From the human T2T-CHM13v2.0 reference genome, Homo sapiens, in assembly GCF_009914755.1 (NCBI RefSeq), contig NC_060941.1: a stretch of 64,000 bases of DNA; one strand, written 5' to 3'. Under the pieces are notes generated by a model. It did not search any database, was not told the DNA's origin, and was given only the letters and a program-made list of their open reading frames with translations. Made by a program: the position numbers and the translations under genes. Positions 41,448 to 60,267 of this stretch are shown piece after piece; the first letter of the stretch is position 1, and each line of letters opens with the position of its first letter.

Positions 41448-41861
41448 GTAAGAGCAACCTGAGTTCTTTCAGCCAGGTCTGAACTCACTTCCAGAAACTG
41501 CAGCTGCTCCTCTGCCCACCCATTTCCCACCATGGCCACCTGACCTTCCAGGTCCTTCTGAAGGTGCATTTGTCAAGGTAGAAGGATAGAAGGAAAACTA
41601 GGTCGTGTGCAGTGGCTCACACCTGTAATCCCAGCACTTTGGAAGGTTGTGGCTGGCAGATCACTTGAAGGGTCTCTTTGGTAGAGTCCATGCAAACTCT
41701 CATGGGGTTGCTTTCTGCCATAAAGGAACCACAGAAAGGCCTAGAAACTGGAGCAGGAGGGGGACTTGTGGCAAAACTTTCTGCCCTGCCTTTCCAATTT
41801 GCATCTGTCTTAGAACTGCCAGGTCTTTTAGTTTTCTTTGTTTTTTCATCATTTGTATGTC

Positions 41862-41997
41862 TGCCTTTCTTTCTTTTCCTTCCTTCCTTCCTTCCTTCTT
41901 GTATGCCTGCCTTTCTTTCCCTTCCTTCCTTCCTTCCCTCCTTCCTTCCTTCCTTCTTTCCTTCCTTCCTTCCTTCTTTCTTTTCTTTTCTTTTTTT
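41862..41997. repeat. (TTCC)n/(TTTC)n pyrimidine microsatellite
   Basis: Read directly; expanded from an antisense Alu tail. Confidence 0.9.
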
Positions 41998-42888
41998 CAG
42001 AGTGTCACTCTGTTGCCCAGGCTGGAGTGCAGTGGTGTGATCTCAGCTCATTGCAACCTTTGCCTCCCAGGTTCTAGAGATTCTTGTGCCTCAGCCTCCT
42101 GAGTAGCTGGGACTACAGGCACCCGCCACCACGCTTGGCTAATTTTTGTATTTTCAGTAGAGACGGGTTTTCACCATGTTGGCCAGACTGGTCTCGAACT
42201 CCTGGCCCCAAGCGATCTGCCCACCTCGGCCTCCCAAAATGCTGGGATAACAGCTGTGAGCCACTGTGCCTGGCCATCTTGTACTGATTTCTAATACCAT
42301 GCCCTCCTGCTTGGCTGTTTATTGCTCCACTGCTAATGATGATGGGTCCAGACTCCTGCACCACCCTTGGCTCAGGGCAAGAGAGGCCTCTGGCCAAGCC
42401 CTGTGTTTAGTGGGCTCTGGTCTGGTACCTCCAGGCTATGCACCTTCCCCTAGGCTGAGGGGTTCAGGGAGCCGTGGGGATGCAGCCACCTGAACCCTAT
42501 ACTCCCACTTTTCTGCTCCACACTCTAGGTACCTGGACCAAAATCCCCTGCCCAATCAGATCAGAAGCCATTTCCAGGGCCTGTACCAGTCTCTCCCCCA
42601 GCTCATCCTCCCGAGGGTGGCCCACAGTAAGGGTATGAGCATCCCTGAACCTGAGCCAAGGGAGCTGTTTATGGGGGGTGTGGATGGTGTTTGCACATGT
42701 GGGCTGGGGCGTCCACGTGCATGCAAGGCCCCTTAGGGTGCAGGTCAGAGCCCAGGTCGGGAGCGGGGCAGCCCGGGACTTCAGTGGGTTCTGTCCATGC
42801 TGCCACGTCCTGATGCCAAACTCTGGAAAGTCTGAGAATTCCAGATTCAAACCTGACCTTCCAGGTCCTTCTGAAGGTGCATTTGTCA

Positions 42889-43029
<141 letters not shown>

Positions 43030-43735
43030 CTACAGAAAATAAAAAAATTAGCCGGGTGTGGTGGTGCATGCCTGTGGTCTCAGCTACTCAGAGGATGAGG
43101 TAGGAGGATTGCTTGAGCCTGAGAGGTCGAGGCTGCAGTGAGCTGTGATCATCGTGCCCTGCATTCCAGCCTGCGTAACAGAGCGAGACCCTGTCTCAAA
43201 GAAAAAAGAAAAAGAAAAAGAAAAAGAAAGAAAAGAAAAACTAGGTTAGCAAAGGCACAAGGCACACTTGGACATTGACCACTTCACCCAGCCAGGTCCT
43301 CAGAACAGAGCCCACGCCCTGGTATTCAGTGAGTGTGGTCTAACAAGTGAGGCAGCCTGCTGGAGTCAGGCACTTGGCTATGAGTCACAGCCCTTCCATT
43401 CACTGGCTGTGTGACCTTAGGAAAGTCATTTCACCTCCCTGAGCCTTACTCACCTCATCTATAAAATGGGAGTGATGCCAATGGGATAAATAAGGCAACA
43501 CAGGTGAAGTGCCTAACACAGTGTCTGGCCTGCAGCTAAAACTCAACAACTGGCAGTTGTTTGGATGACACGAAACATGCTGCCAGGGCTCAGGGCCTTG
43601 CCCAGTAAACACCCAGGCTTTTCTGGTGCTCATGACCCCAGAAATGTTGCTGGTATTCGTCCTGTTAAATTCTGTGCTGCTTTTCTCTTCTTTGGGTGGC
43701 CCCTGTGGAAGATGTGCTTGGTCATGACTTTTTAA

Positions 43736-44448
<713 letters not shown>

Positions 44449-44590
44449 TAGATGTCATGACCATTTGGGAACCTGGGTGCATAGTACATTGGTTAACTTG
44501 GGAGACATCACCTTTTCTAAAACACTTACTGGCTTAATGTCATTGGAAAAGAAAATGCTATGGTCACCAATGGATGCGGTCTTCTTCCAG

Positions 44591-44701
44591 GCGGAGACAG
44601 CTGTCCTTTCTGTCTGAAGCTACTACTTCCAGGGTTATTACTGTTGCTGGTGGTGATAATCCTAATTCTGGCTTTTTGGGTACTGCCCAAATACAAAACA
44701 A
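44591..44701 (+). CDS. MILR1: MILR1 coding exon 5, transmembrane segment (GGDSCPFCLKLLLPGLLLLLVVIILILAFWVLPKYKT)
   Basis: Hand translation gives a hydrophobic helix followed by basic residues. Acceptor cttcttccag|, donor A|gtaagt, 111 nt. Confidence 0.95.
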
Positions 44702-44890
44702 GTAAGTTCTTTTAGTCGCTTTACCACCCGTTTTCCCGTGGGCTTGGGATACAGACAGCAGGACAGAGGGTGAGGAGAAAGAGAAAAGGGGATTGGAAAT
44801 AGAATAGGGAGAAAATGAAAATAGGAGGAAAACATGAGAAAGGGGGGCGGGAATGGAATAGACTTCCTGAACGGTTCATGCAGAGGGTAA

Positions 44891-45254
<364 letters not shown>

Positions 45255-45359
45255 TGATCCACCTGCCTCAGTTTCCCAAAGTGCTGGGATTACAGGTGTG
45301 AGCCACTGCTCCCGGCTGCATCTTGAAATTCTTCATAATTTTTTGTACGCTCTTTTAAA

Positions 45360-45850
45360 AATTGTTAATGGTGGTAAAATATACATAACACTAAATGGGC
45401 CACTTTAACCTGCTTAAATGCATAGTTCGGTGGCATTAAGCACGTTCCCATTGTCATGCACCCTTCTCCACCATCCATGTCCAGAACTTTTTCATCTTCC
45501 CAAACTGAAACTCTGTCCCCATTACACACTAGCTCCCCATCCCCTCTTCCCCCGGGCTCTGCCAACCACCATTCTGCTTTCTATCTCCATTAGTTTGACT
45601 CCTCTAGGCACCTCATGGAAGTGGAAGCATTTATCCTTTCATAACTGGCTTATTTCACTTCGATTAATGTCCTCAAGGTTCATCCATGTTGTCATATGTG
45701 TCAGAATTTCCTTCCTTGATAAGACTGAAGAATGTCCCATTGTACATAAATACGCCACACTTTGTTTATCCATTTATCCCCCATGGGTACCCGGGTTGCT
45801 TCCACCTTTTGTCTATTGTTTAATAATGCTAGGAACGTGGGTGTGAAATT
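45360..45850 (-). mobile_element. Old L1M (L1MB-like) 3' fragment
   Basis: ccagaactttttcatcttcccaaactgaaactctgtccccatt...tcaaggttcatccatgttg is typical antisense L1M 3' UTR. Confidence 0.65.
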
Positions 45851-45979
45851 ATTAATGTTTTTAAACAAGAGGCCCTTTTCCTCGTATGACTGCTTGTGAA
45901 AGATGTACTCGGTCCTGACTTTAAGAACTTGTGTTCCTTTTTTTCTCTCTCTCTCTCTTCTTTTTTTATTCTATATTAA

Positions 45980-46117
<138 letters not shown>

Positions 46118-46293
46118 TAAACACAAGTTTAAGGCCTGTGAACAGTGTTCATTTCGCACTGGGCGCTGCAAGTGGTGCGGCTGCTCCTGACTGCAAGTGC
46201 CTCAAGCGAGAGCTTTGCCTTGAGTGACTCTAGATCTGCCACATACGTAGGGGAGGTTCAGTGCATGAGGACAAACAAGCGTCATCCCATTAG

Positions 46294-46719
<426 letters not shown>

Positions 46720-47515
46720 TATATACATATTTTTTATTTCTACATTTCTATGCTTTCTAGATTTTCAATGTAGAAGTATAATCTATTCTACTATAAGATT
46801 TTTTAAAAAACTTTATTAAACACACCAGACTCAAAAAAACAAAAACAGAAACAAAAAAGCATCATTTCTCTCTTCCCCACCTTAAGTGCTACATCCAGCA
46901 GAAAACTTGTCAATGTTATTAGAAGCCTCAGTTACAGCTTTTTTAAAAAAATGTTTTTTAGAGACGGGGTCTCACTGTGTTGCCTAGGCTGGTCTTGAAC
47001 TCCTGGACTCAGGCGATCCTCCCACCTCAGCCTCCCAAAGTGCTGGGATTACAGGCATGAGCCACTGCACTCAGCCCAGTTACTGCTTTTCATTCCTCAC
47101 GTCTTATGGCCACCACTGGTTAAGCCTTCAAAGTGGTTTTTTCATTTGGTACACGAGTGCAGAAGGATATGAAGATTTACACAAAAGACAGTTTGGGTCT
47201 CAGCACTGGCCCCCATCAGCAAGCTGAGGGCTGTTGGACAAGCCCCTCAGGCTGTTGCTTCTGAGCCTCAGTGTTCTGAGTTGTGGAATGGGCCATGGAG
47301 ATATTGTCAGAACTGGCAAGAGAACCAATTGAGAACCATCTCCAGAGAGTCACAACTCAGAGAAGTCAGGGACTCAGTTGACATAAAACTTGAACACAGA
47401 GGTCACAAGTTATACATCTGATGCATCTTTAAGATTTTATTTTATTTCATTTCTTTTTTTTAGAGATGGGGCTTCACTGTGTTGCCCAGGCTGGAGTGCA
47501 GTGGTGCCACCATAG

Positions 47516-47752
<237 letters not shown>

Positions 47753-48013
47753 TAGGCTAATTTTTGTATTTTTAGTAGAGATGGGGTTTCACTATGTTGG
47801 CCAGGCTGGTCTTGAACTTCTGACCTCGTGATCCGCCCACCGCGGCCTCCCAAAGTGCTGGGGCTGGTGAGCCACCGCGCCTGACATTTTTTTTTTTTTT
47901 TTTTTTTTTGAGACAGGATCTCACTTCCATCACCCAAGGCTGGAGTGCGGTGGTGCAATCATGGCTCACTGCAGCCTTGACCTCCCAGGCCTCCTCCTGC
48001 CTCAGCTACCTGA

Positions 48014-48349
<336 letters not shown>

Positions 48350-48587
48350 TAAAAAGTCCAGGTTCTTGCAAAAGTGGCATTAATATTTTTGATTACTGGC
48401 TGGAGCTACAATAGAATTCAGTGAGGCTGGCCGGGCACAGTGGCTCATGCCTGTAGTCCCAGCACTTTGATCACCTGAAGTCTGGAGTTTGAGACCAGCC
48501 TGGCTAACATGGTGAAGCCCCGCCTCTACTAAAAATACAAAAAATTAGCCAGGCATTGTGGCACATGCCTGTAATCCCAGCTATTCA

Positions 48588-49019
<432 letters not shown>

Positions 49020-49221
49020 TCAGAACAGCCCCTGGCTTGGAGGAGCGGTGTCTAGACTCCCTGTTGAGTCTATAGTTTTCCTTTGTTAGACAACAGTTTG
49101 GGCCATTGGAGCAAGTCACTCTCTGTTTCAGAACTTTGAGGGAATTCTGCTCCTTGGCCGAGGAGATGAGAAAAATGTGGCTGAATTGGTTTAATTTGAT
49201 GATTCCTACCTATTTACGTAG

Positions 49222-49311
49222 GAAAAGCTATGAGAAATAATGTGCCCAGGGACCGTGGAGACACAGCCATGGAAGTTGGAATCTATGCAAATATCCTTGA
49301 AAAACAAGCAA
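49222..49311 (+). CDS. MILR1: MILR1 coding exon 6, cytoplasmic (RKAMRNNVPRDRGDTAMEVGIYANILEKQA)
   Basis: Overlaps ORF 49230+. Acceptor tttacgtag|, donor A|gtaaga, 90 nt. Confidence 0.93.
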
Positions 49312-49710
49312 GTAAGAGAACTTTGTTGCGTGTTTTGGGTGGTTTCAGGTTTTTGTCTTTTTATTTTGTTAAGGTTGTACAGACATACGGGAGTGGGGGG
49401 TGGAGCAAAAGGGATAGAGTTCAATGTCTATTGATGCCCAGTCCCACTTTCTAGGGGTAATAACCAGTTTTTTAAATCCTTCCACAGATATTCTGTGTGT
49501 ATAATAAACAAATGGTAGTGATTGTAGCATATTGTAGGTATGACTTTCTACACCATGATTTTGTTTTTTTTTCATGTAACAACGTATCTTGGAGATTTTT
49601 CACATCTGTTCAGAATGATCCACACTGTGTTTCACAGTCTTTCACGGTCACCTCTCAAAGCAGGCATTGCATATTGCTTTGCAGTAAACAAGACCCAGCG
49701 CCTCGGCTGA

Positions 49711-50090
49711 TGTATTAGTCCATTCTCATGCTACTATAAGGACATACCTGAGATGGGGTAGTTTATAAAGGAAAGAGGTTTAATTGACCCACAGTTCCGC
49801 AGGGCTTGGGAGGCCTCGGGAGACTTACAATCATGGTGGAAGGGGAAGCAAACACATCCTTCTTCCCAAGGCGGTAGGAGAGAGAAGAATGAGAGCCAAG
49901 GGAAGGGGGAAACCCCTTATAAAACCATCAGATCTTGTGAGAACTAACTCACTGTCACTAGAAGAGTATGACAGAAACCACCCCCATGATTTAATTATCT
50001 CCACCTGGTCCCTCCCATGAGATGTGGGGATTATGGGGACTACAATTCAAGATGTGATTTGGGTGAGGACACAGTCAAACCCTATCATCA
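49711..50090 (-). mobile_element. THE1 solo LTR in MILR1 intron 6
   Basis: tgtattagtccattctcatgct...cctatcatca with 5-bp TSD GCTGA on both sides. Confidence 0.85.
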
Positions 50091-50211
50091 GCTGACAATG
50101 GAACAGTCCCAGCCTACATGGCCACATTCCAGACGCATTGCTGAGCAATTTACCGACCTTTTCTAACACAAACGCCACCAACCCCCAATTTATGTCATTC
50201 TCATTTTACAG

Positions 50212-50268
50212 AGGAGGAATCTGTGCCAGAAGTGGGATCCAGGCCGTGTGTTTCCACAGCCCAAGATG
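50212..50268 (+). CDS. MILR1: MILR1 coding exon 7, cytoplasmic (KEESVPEVGSRPCVSTAQD)
   Basis: Acceptor cattttacag|, donor G|gtgagc, 57 nt, in frame. Confidence 0.92.
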
Positions 50269-50363
50269 GTGAGCATGTTCTGCAGAGTCTATTCCACTGC
50301 CCTCATGCGCTTAGAAATTCACATAATTGGCCCAATAATTCCTATTCCTTATCTTTTGCCCAG

Positions 50364-50432
50364 AGGCCAAACACTCCCAGGAGCTACAGTATGCCACCCC
50401 CGTGTTCCAGGAGGTGGCACCAAGAGAGCAAG
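50364..50432 (+). CDS. MILR1: MILR1 coding exon 8, ITIM-like LQYATP (Y313)
   Basis: Acceptor ttttgcccag|, donor G|gtgagc, 69 nt, after a 95-nt intron. Confidence 0.93.
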
Positions 50433-50697
50433 GTGAGCCACAGGTTGGGATAAGAGGTACTGGTGAAATGAGACAGGTGGTCCCTCTGATGTCATTATAT
50501 TCAGGGGCTTCAGGAGCCCGTTAATGGGGTGGATGGGAGCAATGCAGGCACACTGCAAGGAACCAATGGCAACCAGCACCCCAGCTCCTAAAAAAATCTC
50601 ATCAGGAGATGGAGGGTGAGGAAGAGGGAAAGATGTGGTGGGGGAATGTCATAGAAAAAAAACCCAGAGAGGAGGATACAGGATCACTACTCAAACA

Positions 50698-50893
50698 TTT
50701 CCTTCCTTCCTTCCTTCCCTCTCTCCCTCCCTCCCTCTCTCTCTTTCTTTCTTTCTCTTTCTGTCTCTCTTTATTTTTTCTTTTTCTTTCTTTCTCTTTC
50801 TTTCTTTCTTTCTTCTTTCTTTCTTTTCTTTCTCTCTCTCTCTCTTTCTTTTTCTCTTTCTTTTCTTTCTTTCCTGCCTTTCTCCTTTTTTTT
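50698..50893. repeat. ~195 bp near-pure pyrimidine tract (TTCC/CT/TTTC)
   Basis: Read directly; only a few purines. Confidence 0.9.
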
Positions 50894-50895
50894 GA

Positions 50896-51156
<261 letters not shown>

Positions 51157-51329
51157 TGAGGCATTATGCCCAGCTAACATTTTCAAGAATAAATTATTTA
51201 ACACAGTCCAGGAAAAAATTAGTTAATACCTGGTTCTGTCAGGCCACCCAGCTACTAGAAATAGGATTTTTAAAAACAGCCTTGCTGGTCACATATCCTA
51301 AGTAAATTATTTTCCCTTTTATATTTCAG

Positions 51330-51382
51330 AAGCCTGTGATTCTTATAAATCTGGATATGTCTATTCTGAACTCAACTTCTGA
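51330..51382 (+). CDS. MILR1: MILR1 coding exon 9, C-terminus EACDSYKSGYVYSELNF* with ITIM-like YVYSEL (Y338)
   Basis: Acceptor atatttcag|, TGA at 51380-51382. The nine exons sum to 1032 nt = 343 aa + stop. Confidence 0.95.
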
Positions 51383-51479
51383 AATTTACAGAAACAAACT
51401 ACATCTCAGGGTAAGATGCTTTTTATGAAGCTGATTTCCATGAACAAAAAGCAAACTTGAGGCTGAGGCAGGTGGATTA

Positions 51480-51665
<186 letters not shown>

Positions 51666-52063
51666 CTACAGCCTGGGCGACAAGAGCAAGACTTCATCTC
51701 AAAAAAAAAAAAAGATATTGATATTCATTGATGTTCATGATTTAGCTAGCCCTCCAGATTTAGCTAATGCCAAAGGTGTGCCTTGATGTGCTGCCAGGGA
51801 GAGAGCCCACAGAGTTGAGTTGTGGGGGAGGGAGAATGTTTTAGTCCCCTAGGGCTGCTGCCACAAATGACCACAAGTTGGTGGCTTAGAGCAACCATTT
51901 CTGTAGAGCCATGCTCCCTCCAAAAGTTGTGGGGAGGACCCTCCTTGCCTCTTCCAGCTTCTGGGGCTCCAGACATTGCTTGTGGTTGCCTCCCTTCAAC
52001 TTCTGCCTCTGTCTTCACGTGGCCTTTTATATTCTCTCTTGTCTCTCTCTTTTTTTTTTTGAG

Positions 52064-52400
52064 ATGGAGTCTCACTCTGTTGCCCAGGCTGGAGTTCAGT
52101 AGCGCGATCTTGGCTCACTTCAATCTCCATCTTCCCAGTTCAAGCGATTCTCATGCCTCGACCTCCCGAGTAGCTGGGATTACAGGTGCCCGCTACCACG
52201 CCCAGCTAATTTTTGTATTTTTAGTAGAGATGGGGTTTCACTATGGTGGCCAGGCTGGTCTTGAACTCCTGACCTCAGATGATCTGCCTGCCTCGGCCTC
52301 CCAAAGTGCTGGAACTACAAGCCTGAGCCACCGTGCCCGGCCCTGAATCGCTTTAGTAAATAAAGGGTCTCCAAGAATAAATTCATCCGAACATGCATCC
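52064..52400 (+). other. MILR1: Probable non-coding terminal exon of MILR1, starting in an antisense Alu
   Basis: A donor AGG|gtaaga lies at 51411. A long pyrimidine tract with AGs at 52062-63 and 52068-69 sits in the antisense Alu tail, and AATAAA follows at 52359 and 52376. Boundaries are inferred. Confidence 0.55.
52359..52381 (+). terminator. MILR1 polyadenylation signals (two AATAAA)
   Basis: AATAAA at 52359-52364 and 52376-52381, followed by U-rich sequence. A third lies at 52538-52543. Confidence 0.65.
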
Positions 52401-52734
52401 TTCTCTGAGCCTTCTGACTCTTCAATATTCTGCTCACACCTGTCTGGCATCTCCATGATCTTTTCCACTGGTCAGCACTGTCCAATAGAAATATAATGTC
52501 AGCCACATGGGCACTTGTCACTCTTTCTAGTAGACACAATAAAAAAATGAAAAGATGGCCGGGCACGGTGGCTCACGCCTATAATCCCAGCACTTTGGGA
52601 GGCCAAGGTGGGTGGATCACTTCAGGTCAGGAGTTCAAGACCAGCTTGGCCAACATGGTGAAACCCCGTCTGTACTAAAAATACAAAAAAATTAGCTGGG
52701 CACAGTGGCGGGCACTTGTAATTCCATCTACTTA

Positions 52735-52947
<213 letters not shown>

Positions 52948-53148
52948 TTATTTAACCCAGCATATCCAAAATCCTATCATTTTAACAAGTACAACTACCC
53001 TATTTCCCTCAGAATGTAGCATTGCCTCTGGTTTGCTGTGGATCCTGTATTGGACCACTCAGCTGTAGAGTCCTGTGGGATCCAAGCTTCAAGGAGACCC
53101 ATCATGCATGTTTAGGGCCAGTTCCAGGTGTCCTTGACATGACACTAA

Positions 53149-53331
<183 letters not shown>

Positions 53332-53839
53332 TAGTAGAGACAGGGTTTTGCCATGTTGGCCAGGCTGGTCTTCAACTCCTGACCTCAAGTGATCCGCCCA
53401 CCTCGGACTCCCAAAGTGCTGGGATTACAGGCGTGAGCCACCTCGCCTGGCCCTCCATTTCCTGATCTAGTCTTATATCCACGCTCACCACCTCAGCACG
53501 CTCAGACCCACGCTGCTGTGGGCTCCTCTGGCTCCTGGAAGAGTGCGTCCGCAGATGCTGCAGTCTTTGTGTGGCTCAGCAATTGCCACTCACATCAGGA
53601 ACTGCCTTTACCCTGTCAGGCTCTACTGAGACCCGACCCTGGTTATTAAGCTATAGGGGAGACAAGGATGGATCTTAAAGAAGACAAGCAAAATGTAGTG
53701 AAGCAAATAGAATGGTGGTTCCTGGGGGATGGGGGCAGGGGACAACGAGGAGTGACTGGCTAACAGATACAGCGTTTCAGTTTGGAAAGACAAAAAAGTT
53801 CTGGAAAAAAGATGGAAGGTGGTGATGGTTGCACAATAA

Positions 53840-54154
<315 letters not shown>

Positions 54155-55919
54155 TGAATGTTTTTAATACCATTGAATTACACACCTAAAATTGGTTAAA
54201 ATGGTAAAAAATTTTATGTTATGTATAACTTACCACAATAATTTAAAAAATATTGTGAAGCGCCTGCCTCATGTGAGGTCTTCTAATAAGAGGGGCTGTT
54301 CTCCTTCTCAAGAGCGCTCGCGGGCATTGGGAGTTTCTTATTCTCAAATGTCCACATCCCAAGGCCTACCCCGTCCCTGTCAGTGTCAGAAGTTAGCAGA
54401 GCAGAACTGCTAGATGTGCTCACTCCATCTCCTCCATGGTTGGCCCACCCTTTCGATCAGATCCTGGAATTGGCTTTCAGCACAGCCTTCCAGCTGGCTG
54501 TGATAAATGAGAGTGGCTTAAACCCTGTCATCAGGGTTTCACAGCTTGCCCTGAACCGTAGCCTCTCATTTTCTCCTTGCAAATCTTCTAAGGCAGCTAA
54601 GAGAAGCCAATTAACTTCACAATCCACATAATTAGCATTGCCCCAAACCTTTCAAGTGCTGGAATGCTGGCGTCCACTAGTGCCTCATTTCTTTCTAAAC
54701 CTCATTCCACATGGCAGGGGAAGGTCTTAGGAATTGTGGAGCTGTGGCGTTCTAAGGGTTCTCACTGCCTACCTATCACCAGCAAGGGAGTCCTTGTTGC
54801 CATCCATCCCTAGGGGGTAATTTTGTTCCCTGAGGCTGCTTTCTAGGGACTTCTGGTCGCTTGTTTTATCCTGGACCAGACCTGAAAGCAGAGCCTGAAA
54901 TAAGGCCTTCTATGCACATCATTTATGTAGGAGGTGGCCCTAGGAAGCAGGCCCAATGCGCCATGGGAAAAACCAGTACCAGGGTGTTTTGCTGAGTTGA
55001 GCACTGTGGTGGGCAGCTGGACATGAGCCCACTGGAATCTTCTGAAGAGCCCAAGAGCCTCTTCTCAGTATTGTCCACTTGAGGATTGATAGTGAGAGGC
55101 ATTTATCCACTGGTGTCCAACGCTCACTGGTTGAGGATCACCCCAGAAAGCGACACCTCCCCCACTTCTAGACTAGCATGTGGGTATTCCAAGCAGGCTT
55201 ACCTCAGTGTCTCACCCCAGGCACTGCAAACACCCCAGGACAGAAAGTGAACATGTGTATTGTGCAATTGAAGCAAGACACTATCAGTGCAAAGTGAGTA
55301 GACCCTCAGATGCTGCTGGGTCAGAGGGAAGGCCCAGGGATATGACACAGGACACAGAGGTGGCAGATACACCACCTCCCAACATTTCCTCTATCACAGC
55401 AACTAGAACAATGGCAACAATAGGGGTGGGTGTGGTGGCTCACGCCTATAATCCCAATACCCTGGGAGGCCAAGGCAGAAGGATTGCTTGAGCCCAGGAG
55501 TTCAAGACTAGCCTGGGCAACTTGGCGAAACCCTGTCTCTACAAACATATTTGTATGTGATTGAACAAGTAGAACAATGGAACGGAAAGTCCAGATGTAG
55601 TTCTAAATATGTACAGGAACTTAGTATAGGATAAATATGGCATCTTAAATCAATGGGGAAAAGATGGATTATTCAACATATTGTAAAAACTTGAGAATCA
55701 CATTAAAAAAGTTGGACTCCTACCTCATTCTTTACAACAAAATTAATTCTGATAGATGTAGTCACAGAAGAGCTAGAAGAATATGCAGGGGATTTAAAAA
55801 TAATCTTGAAGTGGGGAGGACTTTTATAGGTATGACTCACAACCCAGAAAACATAAAGGATTGTTAAATTTAATTAGATAAATCATTTAATTAGATGAAA
55901 CATTTAAAAATTACATTTA

Positions 55920-56578
<659 letters not shown>

Positions 56579-56883
56579 TTTGAGCCCAGGTCTCAGATAT
56601 TGTATGAAGTTTCATAATATTATGAGCTTTTACAAATCATTAAGAGAAAGACCAATAATCCAGTAGAAAACTGGGAAAAGGTGGCATCTGCAGGGTAACA
56701 CCAGGGCAGCACAGAAATCTTGCTGGGATGAGGAGCTGCAAACATGTGTGGTCGACTTTTTGGCCTTCTGCCTCTTCTACTCTCAGGGATGGGGGATTAC
56801 AACTAAAGAAGTTGTCTTTTGGCCGGGCGTGGTGGCTCACGCCTGTAATCCCAGCACTTTGGGAGGCCGAGGCGGGTGGATCA

Positions 56884-57136
<253 letters not shown>

Positions 57137-57740
57137 TCAGTGTTGCTTCTCCCTAAGGATTTAAAGGGGAGACCTGGCCAGAGGAATCATCAACAGTGGA
57201 TTTGTGATGACTGGAGTTCATTTCCTTCTTTCTCAACTGTCCTGGAAGGAAATGGACTAGTGCCTTACCTCTGACTCTTCCGCAGCACACACCCACCACC
57301 AGAGACAGTAACTGAGATCTGCAGTAGCACAGAAACTTACAGGTTAGAAAAATTAGACACCTAAGGATTTCATGACTCCAGACCTGTTTCCTTAGCATAA
57401 TACCACACCAGTAGGAGAAATACAACTTACGAAATTTCTTTGTAAATAAATTCTATAACATTTTGGGTAAAAATTTATCATAAAAAAATTATTAAAAGCA
57501 ATTGGGTTGGAAGGAAGTTCTGTCAAAATACAATCCAGGTGTGCAGTTCTCTGATAAATTTAGCAGTGGTTACTACTGAGGCAGTCTCAAAAAAAAGTGT
57601 AAAAGGACTTTAAGGGGTGATGAAAATTTTCTACATTGCCTTTGTGGAGATGGTTATACATTTGTCAATACTCATCAATTTGTACATTTAAAAGAGGTAA
57701 ATTTATTGTATGTAAATTGTATCTTAATAAAACTGATTAA

Positions 57741-58335
<595 letters not shown>

Positions 58336-59457
58336 TAGGCTGGTCTCGAACTCCAGGACTCAAGTGATCCTCCTGTCTCAGCCTCCCAAAGTATTGGGAT
58401 TACAGGTATGAGCCACCACATCTGGCCAATTTTTTTTTCAGGGAGGAAATACACACTCTCCTATATTTGCTAGCTCTTAATACTGGAAAGGCCTAGAAAC
58501 AAAGACTGCCTTCTATCAATGAGCATTCCTAGTATCCAAAGTATGGTGTCCACTTTTTTCCAATAAAAAAAACCCCAGAGCTCCTTGGAATATACAATCT
58601 CTACAGTAGTTATTAGAAGGAAATTATCAAAGACTAGTAAGGTGTGTCAAAAAGACTTGAGGCTGGCCAGGCACAGTGGCTCACACTTGTAATTCCAACA
58701 CTTTGGGAGGCTGAGGTGGGCAGATCACCTGAGGTCAGGAGTTCAAGACCAGCCTGGCCAATATGGTGAAACTTTACTAAAAATACAAAAAATTAACCAC
58801 GTGTGGTAGCAGGCGCCTGTAATCCCAGCTACTCAGGAGGCTGAGGCAGGGAGGCTTTAACCCGGGAGGCAGAGGTTGCAGTAGGCCAAGATCGCACCAC
58901 TGCACTCCAGACTGTGTGACAGAGCAAGACTGTCTCAAGAAAAAAAAAAAAAAAGACTTGAGGCCAACTTGAGGTTCCCATTGGCCAAAGATGGGACAAT
59001 TTGAGCATCAAAAGGAATAATTACTTTAAATAATCCAGCATTTATCCTACCTTTCCCATACCTCTAGGTAAGCAAATACTCGGTGAGAAGCTTTTCTTCA
59101 TAGAAGTACTCTAGCAAACGGCCGGGTGCGGTGGCTCATGCCTGTAATCCCAGCACTTTGGGAGGCCGAGGCGGGCGGATCACCTGAGGTCGGGAGTTCA
59201 AGACCAGCCTGACCAACATGGAGAAACCCCATCTCTACTAAAAATACAAAATTAGCAGGGCATGGTGGCGCATGCCTGTAATCCCAGCTACTTGGAAAGG
59301 CTGAAGCAGGAGAATCACTTGAACCTCGGAGGCGGAGGTTGCAGTGAGCTGAGTTTGCGCCACTGTACTCCAGCCTGGGCAACAAGAGTGAAACTCCAAC
59401 TCAAAAAAAAAAAAAAACAACAAAAAAAGTACTCTAGCCAACAAAGAAGGAAGATAG

Positions 59458-59787
<330 letters not shown>

Positions 59788-60147
59788 TGACCGCAGGTAA
59801 TCCACCTGCCTCAGCCTCCCAAAGGGTTGGGATTACAAGCGTCAGCCACTGGCCAACTCAGTGCTATTCTTATTTCATCTCCCACCACTTAAAAAAGTTT
59901 GTTTTAAACAGGAGAATTATAAAGCAAGTCTCAATTACCATAAATGTATGTATCTGTCAGACAAGGATTTTTTTAAAAAGAAAAATATAAACATACTACC
60001 ATTATCACACCCAACAAAATTGTAAATAATTCCTTGATATCATGTAGTGTTATTTTTTTAATGTGATAATAGTGTGGTTATTAACAAAAGATCCTTAAAT
60101 ATTTCCAGATTAAATGGTAGCTGCTATCTGCCTTGAAATAATATTCA

Positions 60148-60267
<120 letters not shown>

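Noticed and set aside
55180-55491. 103-aa ORF between MILR1 and POLG2
   Set aside because: GTG start, no recognisable domain, lies in MLT1-like sequence and ends in an Alu fragment.
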